NCBI GenBank assembly: GCA_014896535.1 | Contig: JADBKE010000019.1 | Location: 17,068-81,067, forward strand | Direction of reading: 5' to 3' | Length of the DNA: 64,000 nucleotides | From: Candidatus Fermentithermobacillaceae bacterium | GTDB lineage: Bacteria > Bacillota > Sulfobacillia > Fermentithermobacillales > DUSS01 | In this document: positions 30,608 through 40,621 of the stretch, in pieces | How positions within the stretch are numbered: position 1 is the stretch's first letter | How the letters are laid out: each line of letters opens with the position of its first letter | Made by a program: the position numbers and the translations under genes | Notes under the pieces: model-generated | What the model was told of the DNA's origin: nothing | The model's input: only the letters and a program-made list of their open reading frames with translations | The model's database searches: none

Positions 30608-32698
30608 TTGTCCACCAGAGGGCTCCTGGTACGAAAGAGGGTTATGTGGGTCTTCTTCGCCACGACCCTCATTTTTGTCTTGCTCCTCGGGAGGATCGGG
30701 TACATCCACTTCATCTGGTCTGATGAGCTCAGCAGAAAGGCTATGGATATGCGCACCCAGGATATCCCCATTCAGGCGCGACGCGGCACAATCTACGACA
30801 GAAACGGCCGTGAACTCGCATTCTCCATAGACGTGGAGTCGGTGTTCGCCATACCGTCGCAAGTGAAGGATCCCGAGGCTGCTGCCGAACAACTATCCCG
30901 CCTCCTTGGTACGAAGAAAGAAGTCATTCTGAACAAACTAACGAGGAAAAGCTGTTATGAATGGATCAAGCGAAAAGTTCCAGACGAAATAGTCAAACAG
31001 ATAAAAGCCCTCAGGATTCCGGGGATCGGGTTTACCCAGGAGTCCCTCAGAGTGTTTCCCAAAGGCATGCTTCTGGCCAATGTCCTCGGCATCGCCGGCA
31101 TAGACAACCAAGGTCTCGAAGGCTTGGAATTCCAGTACGACCAGGTGCTTGCAGGTAAGCCCGGGAAGTCTACCGTGGAAGTTGACGCCATAGGAGAGGC
31201 GATACCCGGTGCCGTCAAAGAATACGTGCCGCCTATCCCCGGCAAAAACCTCGTACTGACGGTGGATGAAGTGATCCAGTTCATCGCCGAGAGGGAGCTG
31301 GACAAAGCGGTCGCGAGCAGCCATGCAAAGGGCGGTGTAGTCATAGCGATGGACCCTTCCAACGGCGAAATCCTGGCCATGGCCGTGAGGCCCACATATG
31401 ACCCCAACCGGTATGACGAATACCCTGCAGAAAACCGACGTTTGATAGCCATCACCGACGCGTTTCCTCCCGGTTCTATGTTCAAGCCGATCACCCTTGC
31501 GGCGGCGTTAGAGTCGGGCGCCGTCAGCATGCAAGACACCTTCTACTGCCCTGGTTCTATCAGAGTCGACGATGAGATCTTGAACTGCTGGGGCCCAGCC
31601 CATGGGAGCCAGTCCACCGTCGAAATCGTTCAGAATTCGTGCAACGTCGGGTTCATAACCGTGGGATTGCGAACGGGGACGGATGCTTTTTATAAGTACC
31701 TCGAAGCTTTCAATCTGACCCGCCCTACCGGAATCGACCTGCCGGGTGAGGGAACGGGAATCGTCCCTGCCAAGGAAGACGTCAAGCCGGTGGACCTCGC
31801 ATGCATGTCTTTCGGGCAAACTCTCACGCTTACCCCTCTTCAAGTGATCACCGCGATTTCTGCGATAGCCAACGGCGGAAACCTGGTGGTTCCCCACGTC
31901 GTCAAGGAGATCAGGGAAATCGATGGGACCGTCGCTCAGACGATGTCTTACCCGGTCAAGCGCATCATCTCCGAGAAGACGTCGGAAGAATTGAGGTTCG
32001 CGATGGAGCAGGTGGTTTCGAAAGGCACCGGGAAACAGGCCTACATTCCCGGCTACCGTGTGGCGGGGAAAACGGGGACTTCCAATAAAATCGTGGGCGG
32101 CAGGATCGCCGAAGGCAAATATATAGCTTCCTTCGTTGGATTCGCTCCGGCGAACGAGCCTCGCGTCGTTCTGCTGGTGATGATAGATGAGCCTCAGGGG
32201 GCCTATTGGGGAAGCCAGGTGGCGGCGCCGACCTTTGCGGCCATCATGAGGGATGTCCTGAGATATATGGGAGTCCCGCCCCAGGAAGAGCCCTCTGCGG
32301 AAGGAGAAAAACGGGTGACCGTCCCCGATGTCAGAGGGCTCGATGTGGCCATAGCTCATGGCGAACTGAAGAAGACGGGGCTTGTGGGTCTGAAGGAGGG
32401 CACGGGATCTAGGGTGATGGACCAGTCTCCACCCCCCGGGGTAAGCGTGAAAGAGGGAACCACGGTGATACTGTACACTGACGAGACCACGGAGAAGTCA
32501 GGTTTCGTGGAAGTTCCTTCCCTCATAGGGCTTACTCTGACCCAGGCTAGGGAAAAATTAGCAGAGAGAGGGCTTCTCATGGGCGTGTCCGGCAGTGGTT
32601 TCGTGACGAGCCAGGACCCGCCGGCCGGAACCAGGGTTCCTCAGGGGACGATGGTCAAGGTAATCTTGCGGATGGATGTAGGCGCAACTAGCAGGTAA
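30608..32698 (+). CDS. spoVD: Class B PBP with two PASTA domains (SpoVD/FtsI)
   Basis: RGTIYDRNG, PGSMFKP, SCN, GKTGT, two PASTA repeats. Confidence 0.9.
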   Translation: MSTRGLLVRKRVMWVFFATTLIFVLLLGRIGYIHFIWSDELSRKAMDMRTQDIPIQARRGTIYDRNGRELAFSIDVESVFAIPSQVKDPEAAAEQLSRLLGTKKEVILNKLTRKSCYEWIKRKVPDEIVKQIKALRIPGIGFTQESLRVFPKGMLLANVLGIAGIDNQGLEGLEFQYDQVLAGKPGKSTVEVDAIGEAIPGAVKEYVPPIPGKNLVLTVDEVIQFIAERELDKAVASSHAKGGVVIAMDPSNGEILAMAVRPTYDPNRYDEYPAENRRLIAITDAFPPGSMFKPITLAAALESGAVSMQDTFYCPGSIRVDDEILNCWGPAHGSQSTVEIVQNSCNVGFITVGLRTGTDAFYKYLEAFNLTRPTGIDLPGEGTGIVPAKEDVKPVDLACMSFGQTLTLTPLQVITAISAIANGGNLVVPHVVKEIREIDGTVAQTMSYPVKRIISEKTSEELRFAMEQVVSKGTGKQAYIPGYRVAGKTGTSNKIVGGRIAEGKYIASFVGFAPANEPRVVLLVMIDEPQGAYWGSQVAAPTFAAIMRDVLRYMGVPPQEEPSAEGEKRVTVPDVRGLDVAIAHGELKKTGLVGLKEGTGSRVMDQSPPPGVSVKEGTTVILYTDETTEKSGFVEVPSLIGLTLTQAREKLAERGLLMGVSGSGFVTSQDPPAGTRVPQGTMVKVILRMDVGATSR

Positions 32699-32780
32699 AT
32701 CCGTTGCCCGTCGTCGAAATAGGGTGCAAGGAGGACGCCTGGGCATCGGCCCATGACGGCGCTGATTTCATGACGGGGAC

Positions 32781-34319
32781 GTGAGAGGCAGGTGCGTCGG
32801 GTTGCTTCTCTCGGAGATCGCTTCGGGGATAAGCGGAGTTGAGGTGTTGAAGGACGCGCAGGTGACCGGGGTGTCGTACGACTCGCGGAGAGTGAAGCCC
32901 GGAGACCTCTTCGTGGCGATAAAGGGTTTTCGCTTCGATGGTCACGATTTCTTGGAAGATGCCCTCCGGAAAGGTGCCACGGCCGTCCTGGTGGAGAAAG
33001 GAAGGGAGCTCCCGGTTGTCGCGGCGGGCGTGGCCCTGGCTGAGGATACGAGGTTAGCCCTGGCCGGCGTATCTGCGGCCTTTTACGGACATCCATCGAG
33101 AAATCTGACCGTCATAGGTGTAACCGGGACCAAGGGGAAAACCACCACAACTCACTTAATCCGGAACGTGCTGCGCCAGGCCGGGATCGACACGGGTCTT
33201 GTTGGAACGGTCCACAACCTGGTGGGGGACGAAGTGCTGCCGGTAGTTCACACTACCCCGGAGGCTCCCGAGCTTCAGTCTCTCCTGGCGCGGATGGTTT
33301 CGGCCGGCTGTTCTGCGGTAGTCATGGAAGTTTCCTCTCACGCCTTAGTCCTCCACAGGGTGGCCCAGACCGCGTTCGACGTGGCTGTCCTGACCAACAT
33401 CGGCAGGGACCACCTGGACTTTCATCCGTCGTTTGAAGATTATCTAGAAGCCAAGAAAAAGCTTTTTCGCATGTTGGGGGAGTCCCACCCGGGTCATCCT
33501 CCCGAGAGAAAATTCTCGGTTGTGAACCTGGATGACCCCGAGTCGAGCGGTTTCATCGAGAGCTCCCCCGTTCGCTGCGTTACTTTTGGAATCAAGAAAG
33601 AAGCGACGGTAAGGGGTTGCGATATCTCGCTGCAACCAGCGGCGACCGAGTTTTCCCTGGTCGTAGGCGCTCGCAGTCTGCGTGTTCGTCTTTCTATGCC
33701 CGGGAGATTCAACGTGTACAATGCTCTGGCGGCTGCTTCCGTGGCCCACGGAATGGGTATCGACTTGGAGACCGTAGCTTGTGCCCTGGAGAACTCCACA
33801 AGCGTCCGGGGTCGGGCTGAAGTGGTGGACGAGGGCCAGCCGTTCACCGTGCTCGTGGACTACGCGCACACTCCTGACAGCCTCGAAAACGTTCTCGAAA
33901 TGATAAGGGAAACCTCAAACGGAGAAGTCATCGTCATCTTCGGATGCGGCGGGGATCGCGACAGAGGCAAACGTCCTTTGATGGGCAAGGTCGCCGCCAC
34001 CTTGGCGGACCACGTCATACTTACCAGCGATAACCCCAGGTCCGAAGAGCCCGAAGCCATTATCGAGGAAATCGAGGGCGGTGTGCTTGAAGCCGTGAGA
34101 TGCTCAGCGGGCCGCGCTCGTCTTAAAGATTACCGCAAGATCGTCAGCAGGTTTGATGCAATCAAAGAGGGAATACGCATGGCCCGCCCCGGCGACGTCG
34201 TGCTCATTGCAGGGAAAGGTCATGAGACTTATCAGGTATTCAAAGACAGAACCGTCGCTTTCGACGACGTGGCGGTATCCCGGCAGATTTTGCGAGAGTC
34301 GATGGAGAGATCGAGATGA
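32781..34319 (+). CDS. murE: UDP-MurNAc-dipeptide--meso-DAP ligase
   Basis: GVTGTKGKTT, MEVSSH, DYAHTPD, DNPR (DAP-type), AGKGHE. Confidence 0.96.
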   Translation: MRGRCVGLLLSEIASGISGVEVLKDAQVTGVSYDSRRVKPGDLFVAIKGFRFDGHDFLEDALRKGATAVLVEKGRELPVVAAGVALAEDTRLALAGVSAAFYGHPSRNLTVIGVTGTKGKTTTTHLIRNVLRQAGIDTGLVGTVHNLVGDEVLPVVHTTPEAPELQSLLARMVSAGCSAVVMEVSSHALVLHRVAQTAFDVAVLTNIGRDHLDFHPSFEDYLEAKKKLFRMLGESHPGHPPERKFSVVNLDDPESSGFIESSPVRCVTFGIKKEATVRGCDISLQPAATEFSLVVGARSLRVRLSMPGRFNVYNALAAASVAHGMGIDLETVACALENSTSVRGRAEVVDEGQPFTVLVDYAHTPDSLENVLEMIRETSNGEVIVIFGCGGDRDRGKRPLMGKVAATLADHVILTSDNPRSEEPEAIIEEIEGGVLEAVRCSAGRARLKDYRKIVSRFDAIKEGIRMARPGDVVLIAGKGHETYQVFKDRTVAFDDVAVSRQILRESMERSR

Positions 34320-35731
34320 AAGAGATTTCCGTGGAAAAAATAGTCCAGGTTACCCGCGGGGTTTTGATCCGGGGAGACCCGTTGCAGCGGGTCACGGGCG
34401 TGACGGTGGATTCCAGATGTGTGGCGGAAGGAAACCTGTTCTGCGCCATCAAGGGTGAAAAAGCAGACGGCCACGACTACGTGCTGGATGCCTTTTCAAA
34501 AGGAGCGGTAGCTTCTCTCGTATCGAAAGAGGTTGAGGTCCCTTCCGACTTTTCGCCGCAAAAGGCCCTCATTCTGGTACCCGACACGGTGAAGGCGCTG
34601 GGAGATCTCGCCCGTTTCTATCTGGACTCGCTCGATGTTACGGTCATCGGCGTGACGGGAAGCGTGGGGAAGACCAGCACCAAAGACATGATTTACTCGG
34701 TCTTGCGGAAGCGGTTCCGCGTGGGGAAGAATCCGGGAAACCTTAATTCCGACATAGGCCTGTGCCTGGCGGCCTTCCAGCTCGACCCCGGCATCGAAAT
34801 CGCCGTCCTCGAAATGGCCATGAGGGCGGTGGGGGAGATAAAGTACCTGGCTTCTATCGCTCGTCCCACTTACGGGGTCCTGACGGACATTTCCCAGTCT
34901 CACATCGGCGTGGTTGGAAGCCTCGAGAAGATAGCGAGAGGAAAAGCCGAGCTCATCGAGGCGCTGCCCGCGGACGGAATTGCCTTCCTCAACGGCGACA
35001 ACTCCCTGATCCGCGAGGTGACCGCCGGGGTCACGTGCAGGAAAGTTTTCTACGGGTTCGGACCGGATTGCCAGTACAGGGCCGAAGGAGTCACCATCCT
35101 CGGGGAGGAAGGGGCCGCTTTTACCCTGCGATATCCGGGTGGCGAGATTCGGGCGAAGATCCCCGTTCCCGGAAGACACCAGGTGCAAAACGCCCTTTGC
35201 GCAGCTGCGGTAGGGTTCGAACTGGGCATGACGTCCGGCGAGGTGGTGAGCGGTCTTGGGGACGCAAGTCTTTCGGGTATGCGGACGGCGCTGACGCACG
35301 CGGGACGGCTCACCATTCTGGATGACTCTTACAATTCCAGCCCTGTGTCGTGCAAAGCTGCGCTGGACCTCCTTTGCGAATTGCCGGGGGAGAGGAAGGT
35401 TGCGATCCTCGGTGACATGCTGGAACTCGGCGAATGGGCACCGGAGGCCCACCGGGAAGTGGGCCGGTACGCTGCCGGCAGGGTTGACGTCCTAGTGACT
35501 CAGGGAGATCTGGCCCGGTACATCGCCGACGGCGCCATTGAAGCCTCGGGCTTGGTCGGGCGGGCAACCGAAGTTACCTGGGTTCCCGACAGGGAGTCGG
35601 CTCGGAGGTTTCTCGCGGGATCCCTGAAAGCCGGTGATGTGGTGCTGGTCAAAGCTTCTCGCGCTATGAAGTTCGAGGAGTACGTGGAGTTCTTGAAGGC
35701 CAAGGGTCGGGAGATGGGCGCCGATGAATAG
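34316..35731 (+). CDS. murF: UDP-MurNAc-tripeptide--D-Ala-D-Ala ligase
   Basis: GVTGSVGKTSTK, DDSYN, LGDMLELG, VKASR. Confidence 0.95.
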   Translation: MKEISVEKIVQVTRGVLIRGDPLQRVTGVTVDSRCVAEGNLFCAIKGEKADGHDYVLDAFSKGAVASLVSKEVEVPSDFSPQKALILVPDTVKALGDLARFYLDSLDVTVIGVTGSVGKTSTKDMIYSVLRKRFRVGKNPGNLNSDIGLCLAAFQLDPGIEIAVLEMAMRAVGEIKYLASIARPTYGVLTDISQSHIGVVGSLEKIARGKAELIEALPADGIAFLNGDNSLIREVTAGVTCRKVFYGFGPDCQYRAEGVTILGEEGAAFTLRYPGGEIRAKIPVPGRHQVQNALCAAAVGFELGMTSGEVVSGLGDASLSGMRTALTHAGRLTILDDSYNSSPVSCKAALDLLCELPGERKVAILGDMLELGEWAPEAHREVGRYAAGRVDVLVTQGDLARYIADGAIEASGLVGRATEVTWVPDRESARRFLAGSLKAGDVVLVKASRAMKFEEYVEFLKAKGREMGADE

Positions 35732-36710
35732 CGGTCTCGTCTACGGCATCGAAGTTCTCGCCGGCTTTGCGGTATCAGTGGCAATCGGGCATGCGTTCGT
35801 GCCCTACATCAAGCGTTTGAAGATCGGTCAGCACATCAGGGGGGAAGGTCCTCGAGCTCACTTCAAGAAGGCCGGGACTCCCACGATGGGTGGGGTGATC
35901 TTCCTCCTCGGAACTCTGGTTCCCGCGATTGCAGAGGGGTTTTTCGGGCTCCTCGGGCGCGACGCTTGGCTGGCAATCGGGGTCTTTTTCGCTTTTGGAC
36001 TCATAGGTTTCATCGATGACTGGAGGAAATTCCGGCTGGGTCGTTCTCTTGGATTGAGAGCTCGGGAAAAGATGGGCCTTGCGATTCTCGCGGCGGCGGT
36101 GTTTCTCTACATCTGGCGGACGGGAGGAGGCTCTAGCGACGTCATCGTTCCGGTGATAAACCGTGTGGTACACCTGGGCGCTTTGTACCCCGTTTTCGGC
36201 GTTCTCGTGATGGTGGGTTCTTCCAACGCTATGAACCTCACTGACGGACTGGACGGGCTTGCGGCAGGGGTATCTGCTATAGGGCTTGCCGCGCTTTCCC
36301 GGGTGGCCCTGGCCAAGGCAGCATTGAACGGGGCCGGAGGGCTTGAGCACCTGGCACCCACCGCCATCGGGGCGATTCTGGGCTTTCTCGTGTATAACCG
36401 TCACCCGGCCAAGATATTCATGGGCGACACGGGCTCGCTGGCTCTGGGGGCGTTGCTTGCGGCCTTCGGAATCCTCACAAAGACCGAGCTTTTGCTGCTA
36501 TTTTTCGCCGGCGTCCCGGTGGTGGAGACTCTTTCCGTAATCGCACAGGTCATTTCGTTCCAGCTCTTCGGCCGGCGCATATTCAAGATGAGCCCGCTGC
36601 ACCATCACTTTGAGCTTCTGGGATGGCCGGAGGTAAAAGTGGTAAGGACTTTCTGGCTGGCTCAAGCTCTTCTGGCTGCCGCCGGAATATGGGTGATGAC
36701 GCTCGTGTGA
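35724..36710 (+). CDS. mraY: Phospho-N-acetylmuramoyl-pentapeptide transferase
   Basis: KAGTPTMGG, GFIDD, NLTDGLDGLA, FMGDTGS, PLHHHFE. Confidence 0.97.
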   Translation: MNSGLVYGIEVLAGFAVSVAIGHAFVPYIKRLKIGQHIRGEGPRAHFKKAGTPTMGGVIFLLGTLVPAIAEGFFGLLGRDAWLAIGVFFAFGLIGFIDDWRKFRLGRSLGLRAREKMGLAILAAAVFLYIWRTGGGSSDVIVPVINRVVHLGALYPVFGVLVMVGSSNAMNLTDGLDGLAAGVSAIGLAALSRVALAKAALNGAGGLEHLAPTAIGAILGFLVYNRHPAKIFMGDTGSLALGALLAAFGILTKTELLLLFFAGVPVVETLSVIAQVISFQLFGRRIFKMSPLHHHFELLGWPEVKVVRTFWLAQALLAAAGIWVMTLV

Positions 36711-36750
36711 GAAATCAGTAAGACGTCTTCGGGAGGTTCTTCGGGCTTCC

Positions 36751-37863
36751 GTGCAAAGAAGGACGAACGTCACAAGGGGAAAACCCGATTACATTCTTTT
36801 CTTCACCGTTCTGACGTTGCTTGCTTTGGGCATAGTGATGGTGTTTTCCGCGAGCTTCGTGAGGGCCGAACGGTTTTACGGCTCGCGCTACTACTTTTTG
36901 GTTAGGCAGGTCATATGGGCGGCAATCGGCGTCACCATGATGATGTTCTTCATGAACTTCGACTGCTGGCGCTTGCGACCGGTGATTCCGTATCTATACG
37001 GTCTTTCGTTGCTCCTTCTCGTGCTGGTGCTCATACCGGGCATCGGCAAAATGGCCAATGAAGCCAGACGTTGGATCAAACTCGGGCCGATAAACCTGCA
37101 ACCCGCCGAGCTTTCAAAGCTGACCACGCTGTTATTCATGGCCGACAGCCTCGCCAGGAAAAAAGAAAGGGTGCGAGGGTTCTGGTCCGGCCTCTTCCCT
37201 TATCTGGTGCTCCTGGGCCTGACCTTCGCGCTCATACTTGCCGAACCCGACCTGGGTACGGCGGTGGCGGTGGCCGCTTCGGCCGGAGTGATGGTGTTCG
37301 TAGCCGGCGCGAACATGTGGCACCTCGCTCTGGTAGGTGCTGGTGCGGTACCGGTACTGATCTGGGCCATTATGTCCTCAGAATACAGGCGCGAGCGATT
37401 CTTCGCTTTTCTCGATCCCTGGAAGGATCCCATGGGTTCCGGGTTTCAGATCATTCAGGCCCTGTATGCTCTGGGTTCCGGGCACCTCTTCGGTACCGGC
37501 GTTGCCTATTCAAGGCAAAAATACTTTTACCTGCCGGAACCTCATACGGATTTCATATTCGCCATCATCGGGGAAGAACTCGGCTTCATAGGTTCCTTCG
37601 TGGTGTTGTTCTCGTTCTTCGTCATAGCATGGAGGGGTTACAGGACAGCTCTGGCAGCACCTGACAGGTTTTCCTGCATTCTAGCGGCGGGAACGACGTC
37701 CCTGGTGGTGGGGCAGGCCATCGTAAACATCGGTGTTGTGACGGGCTGTCTTCCCATCACCGGGATTCCCCTGCCGTTTTTGAGTTACGGGGGCTCCTCT
37801 CTCGTGGTAAGTCTGGTCTGTGTGGGGATTCTTCTCAACATTTCGCGTTATGCGGGGCGCTGA
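36751..37863 (+). CDS. spoVE: SEDS peptidoglycan polymerase SpoVE/FtsW
   Basis: RRWI, QPAELSK, EPDLGT, LPEPHTDFIF, GEELG, PFLSYGGSS. Confidence 0.9.
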   Translation: MQRRTNVTRGKPDYILFFTVLTLLALGIVMVFSASFVRAERFYGSRYYFLVRQVIWAAIGVTMMMFFMNFDCWRLRPVIPYLYGLSLLLLVLVLIPGIGKMANEARRWIKLGPINLQPAELSKLTTLLFMADSLARKKERVRGFWSGLFPYLVLLGLTFALILAEPDLGTAVAVAASAGVMVFVAGANMWHLALVGAGAVPVLIWAIMSSEYRRERFFAFLDPWKDPMGSGFQIIQALYALGSGHLFGTGVAYSRQKYFYLPEPHTDFIFAIIGEELGFIGSFVVLFSFFVIAWRGYRTALAAPDRFSCILAAGTTSLVVGQAIVNIGVVTGCLPITGIPLPFLSYGGSSLVVSLVCVGILLNISRYAGR

Positions 37864-37878
37864 AAGGAGACTGGAGGA

Positions 37879-39000
37879 ATGAGGCTGGTCGTCTCGGGAG
37901 GCGGAACCGGGGGTCACATCTATCCGGGTCTCGCCGTTATCGAGGTTTTGAAGGAGATGGTTCCCGGATCCCGCATTCTCTACGTGGGCACGGCAGAGGG
38001 GATGGAGGCAGATATCGTACCGAAGCAAGGGATCGAGTTTGCACGGGTGAGGTCCGGAGGCATCAGAGGGAAATCGCTCGTCAAGGCCATGGCCGGCGCC
38101 GTTCGCGCCGCGTTGGGTGTGAAAGATGCCTTCGGGATTTTGAGGGATTTCCGTCCCGACGTGGTGCTGGGGACCGGTGGGTATGTTTCGGGCCCCGTGA
38201 TCCTCGCAGCGTGGACCCAGCGCATTCCCTGTGCGATTCAGGAGCAAAACTCGGTTCCTGGCAAGACCAACCTCATACTCGCCGGGTTCGTCCAGCGGAT
38301 CTTTTGCGCATGGGAGAAAACCAGGACTTCTTTCCGCGGCAGCTCCAAGGTAATGGTCACGGGAAACCCCGTACGCAAAGCGGTGATCGAGGCCAAAAGA
38401 GACGATGGTTATCGCCGGTTCGGACTGGACCCGGGCAAGACCACCGTACTGTTGCTGGGCGGTTCGCGGGGGGCGATGACCCTGGCCGAGGCAGGTCTGA
38501 AAATAGCAGAAAGGGCGGACGACCTCGGCTTTCAAATGTTGTTTATCACGGGTAATCCGTATTTCGACATGGTCGCGGAAAAGTTGGGATGCCGGCCTCA
38601 GGAGGGAATAAAGAACGCAAAAGTCGGCAACGTTATCGTACAAGCCTACGTGTACGACATCGAATACGCTCTTGCCTGCGCGGACCTGGCAGTGTGCAGA
38701 GCCGGCGGGATGACGCTGGCGGAGGTTACCGCCCGGGGAATTCCCGCGGTAGTGGTTCCCTCGCCTAACGTTGCCGGAAACCACCAGGAGTACAACGCGA
38801 GAGCTCTGGAAGAGCTCGGGGCTTGTGAAGTGGTGACCGAGGCACGAGGGGCGGGGGCCGTCGCCGAAGCTTGCCTCGACTTGCTCGTGGATCGCGCTAA
38901 GATGGCGAGGATGGCGGAGGCGTCGAAGGCGGCGGGGAGGCCCCACGCAGCCGAGACGATAGTGAGGGAACTCATCAAACTCGCCAGGACCAGGCGCTGA
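37879..39000 (+). CDS. murG: Lipid II N-acetylglucosaminyltransferase
   Basis: GGGTGGHIYP, EQNSVPG, GGSRGA, RAGG, HQEYNA. Confidence 0.96.
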   Translation: MRLVVSGGGTGGHIYPGLAVIEVLKEMVPGSRILYVGTAEGMEADIVPKQGIEFARVRSGGIRGKSLVKAMAGAVRAALGVKDAFGILRDFRPDVVLGTGGYVSGPVILAAWTQRIPCAIQEQNSVPGKTNLILAGFVQRIFCAWEKTRTSFRGSSKVMVTGNPVRKAVIEAKRDDGYRRFGLDPGKTTVLLLGGSRGAMTLAEAGLKIAERADDLGFQMLFITGNPYFDMVAEKLGCRPQEGIKNAKVGNVIVQAYVYDIEYALACADLAVCRAGGMTLAEVTARGIPAVVVPSPNVAGNHQEYNARALEELGACEVVTEARGAGAVAEACLDLLVDRAKMARMAEASKAAGRPHAAETIVRELIKLARTRR

Positions 39001-39039
39001 GAATAGCGTGAAAGAGACGCCAGCCGTTTGAGGTGAATT

Positions 39040-40505
39040 ATGAAGAAAGTACACTTCGTGGCCATTGGTGGACAGGGGATGTCCGGCATCGCCCGAATCC
39101 TCTTGCGGAGAGGGTACCAGGTCTCCGGATCCGATCTCAAGGAATCGTCGGTCACCGAGCTTTTGAGAAAAGAGGGTGCCCAGACATTCATATAGGGCAA
39201 TCGGAGGAAAACGTGGCTTCTGATGTGCGGTCCAGTAAGCCTCTCCGCAGATCCCCTGGCGGGAAAAACCTGTAGCGATGACGGCCTGCATCGCCGGGAT
39301 TCCTCTGATTCCAAGCAGGGTGGACATGCTCGCAGGACCGGTAATCTGAAGGCGTGGCGGCTGCCGCTGCGGCCGGCAGCACACGGGAAATGACCAATTC
39401 GACCACTGTGGCTGTATGCCTCGCGTGGGTTTTGATGGTGAAGACCTGGAAAGAATCCGACTTTTCTCGTTCGTCGAGGGGCGCCGCAAAGAGCGGAAAT
39501 TCGTGGCGGGAGGGAAGAGGACGCGATGCCGTCATTGAGACGGGACGAGCTTGACGTGATCCTTCTCAAAAACCATCCCCGATCGCCGCCACGCCATCGT
39601 GACGAACATCGATGATGACCATTTGGACTACTGTGGATCTGTAGAAAACCTGGAGCAGTTTTCGCGCTTCGCGAGGGGGGTAGGCGAGGGAGGGTAAAGG
39701 TTGTGTACAACGCCGACGATCCGAGCGCTTCCGAAAAGCTTTGTGCGGGCGGAACAACTGCGTCGGCTACTCGCTGGCAAGCAACGGGGATCTTTTCGAG
39801 CTACGGGTCTCGTCCCGAACGGCCAAAGTTCTTCCTCGAACACACTTGGGCGCATCACACTGCAGGTGCAGTTGCTCGAACTGATCCGCAAGCCGGGCCG
39901 GCATGACGTCCATCTCGATGCTGGCTGGCCGCGTCCGGTGGCGGCGACGGTTTCCCACCCTCGGGCGAGGGTGAGTCGCTTCGAGCTTTGAAATCTTTTC
40001 CAGGCGTGAAGAGGCGCTCCTGCAGAGGACGGTCTGTTCCAGGGACTGCGAGCGGCTGCTTGCTGGACGATTTTCGGGCAAACCATCCTTCGAACGAAAC
40101 CGGGCCAGCCTCAGCGCCGTGCGTGGAAGCCGGGCGCCGCAAGTCAAAAAGATCCGGTTGTCTTTCAGCCGCAACGGGCATGAGCCAATTGGTGATTATT
40201 ACTGGGCGACATTTGGGACTTTGGCTGCCAGGCGACGCCCGGTTATCACTCAGCAATTCACGCTTCTGGTCCGGAGAGTGCCTTGTAAGAGGGGGCGTGA
40301 CGTGCCGGGCTTTTGTACTTCAGAGCGGTCGAGTCTTTGGTGTGCCGAGGCAGTCCGGCATTGTCCTGATACAATAGGCTGCAGCTGTGGCTGCAAAAGA
40401 GCTGGTCCGGGGCGATACTCACTCACCAGGCGCGGGGACACTCTTCAAGAAATCTCAATTGAGGACTCCATGACCCCTTGTAACGCAAAGGCACCACTGA
40501 ACTGA
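39040..40505 (+). pseudogene. murC: murC, heavily frameshifted (pseudogene or low-quality sequence); end approximate
   Basis: Intact start [18 protein letters not shown]...SGSD then TAG at 39193; recognisable fragments in shifting frames (AHGK, AIVTNIDDDHLDY, FPGVKRR, LDDF, VFQPQR). Confidence 0.85.
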
Positions 40506-40621
40506 CGGGGTGGGGCAGCCCCTGGAAAACACTGCGGTGGCTTTGGCTCCTAGGCCTGTGGACCACCAACCCTCCTTTCGCCAATGACCTGATTGCATTT
40601 TTTCGTAGAGTGGTAGCGCGG

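Noticed and set aside
39200-40500. Small ORFs predicted inside the murC region
   Set aside because: They are frameshifted pieces of murC or noise, not independent genes.
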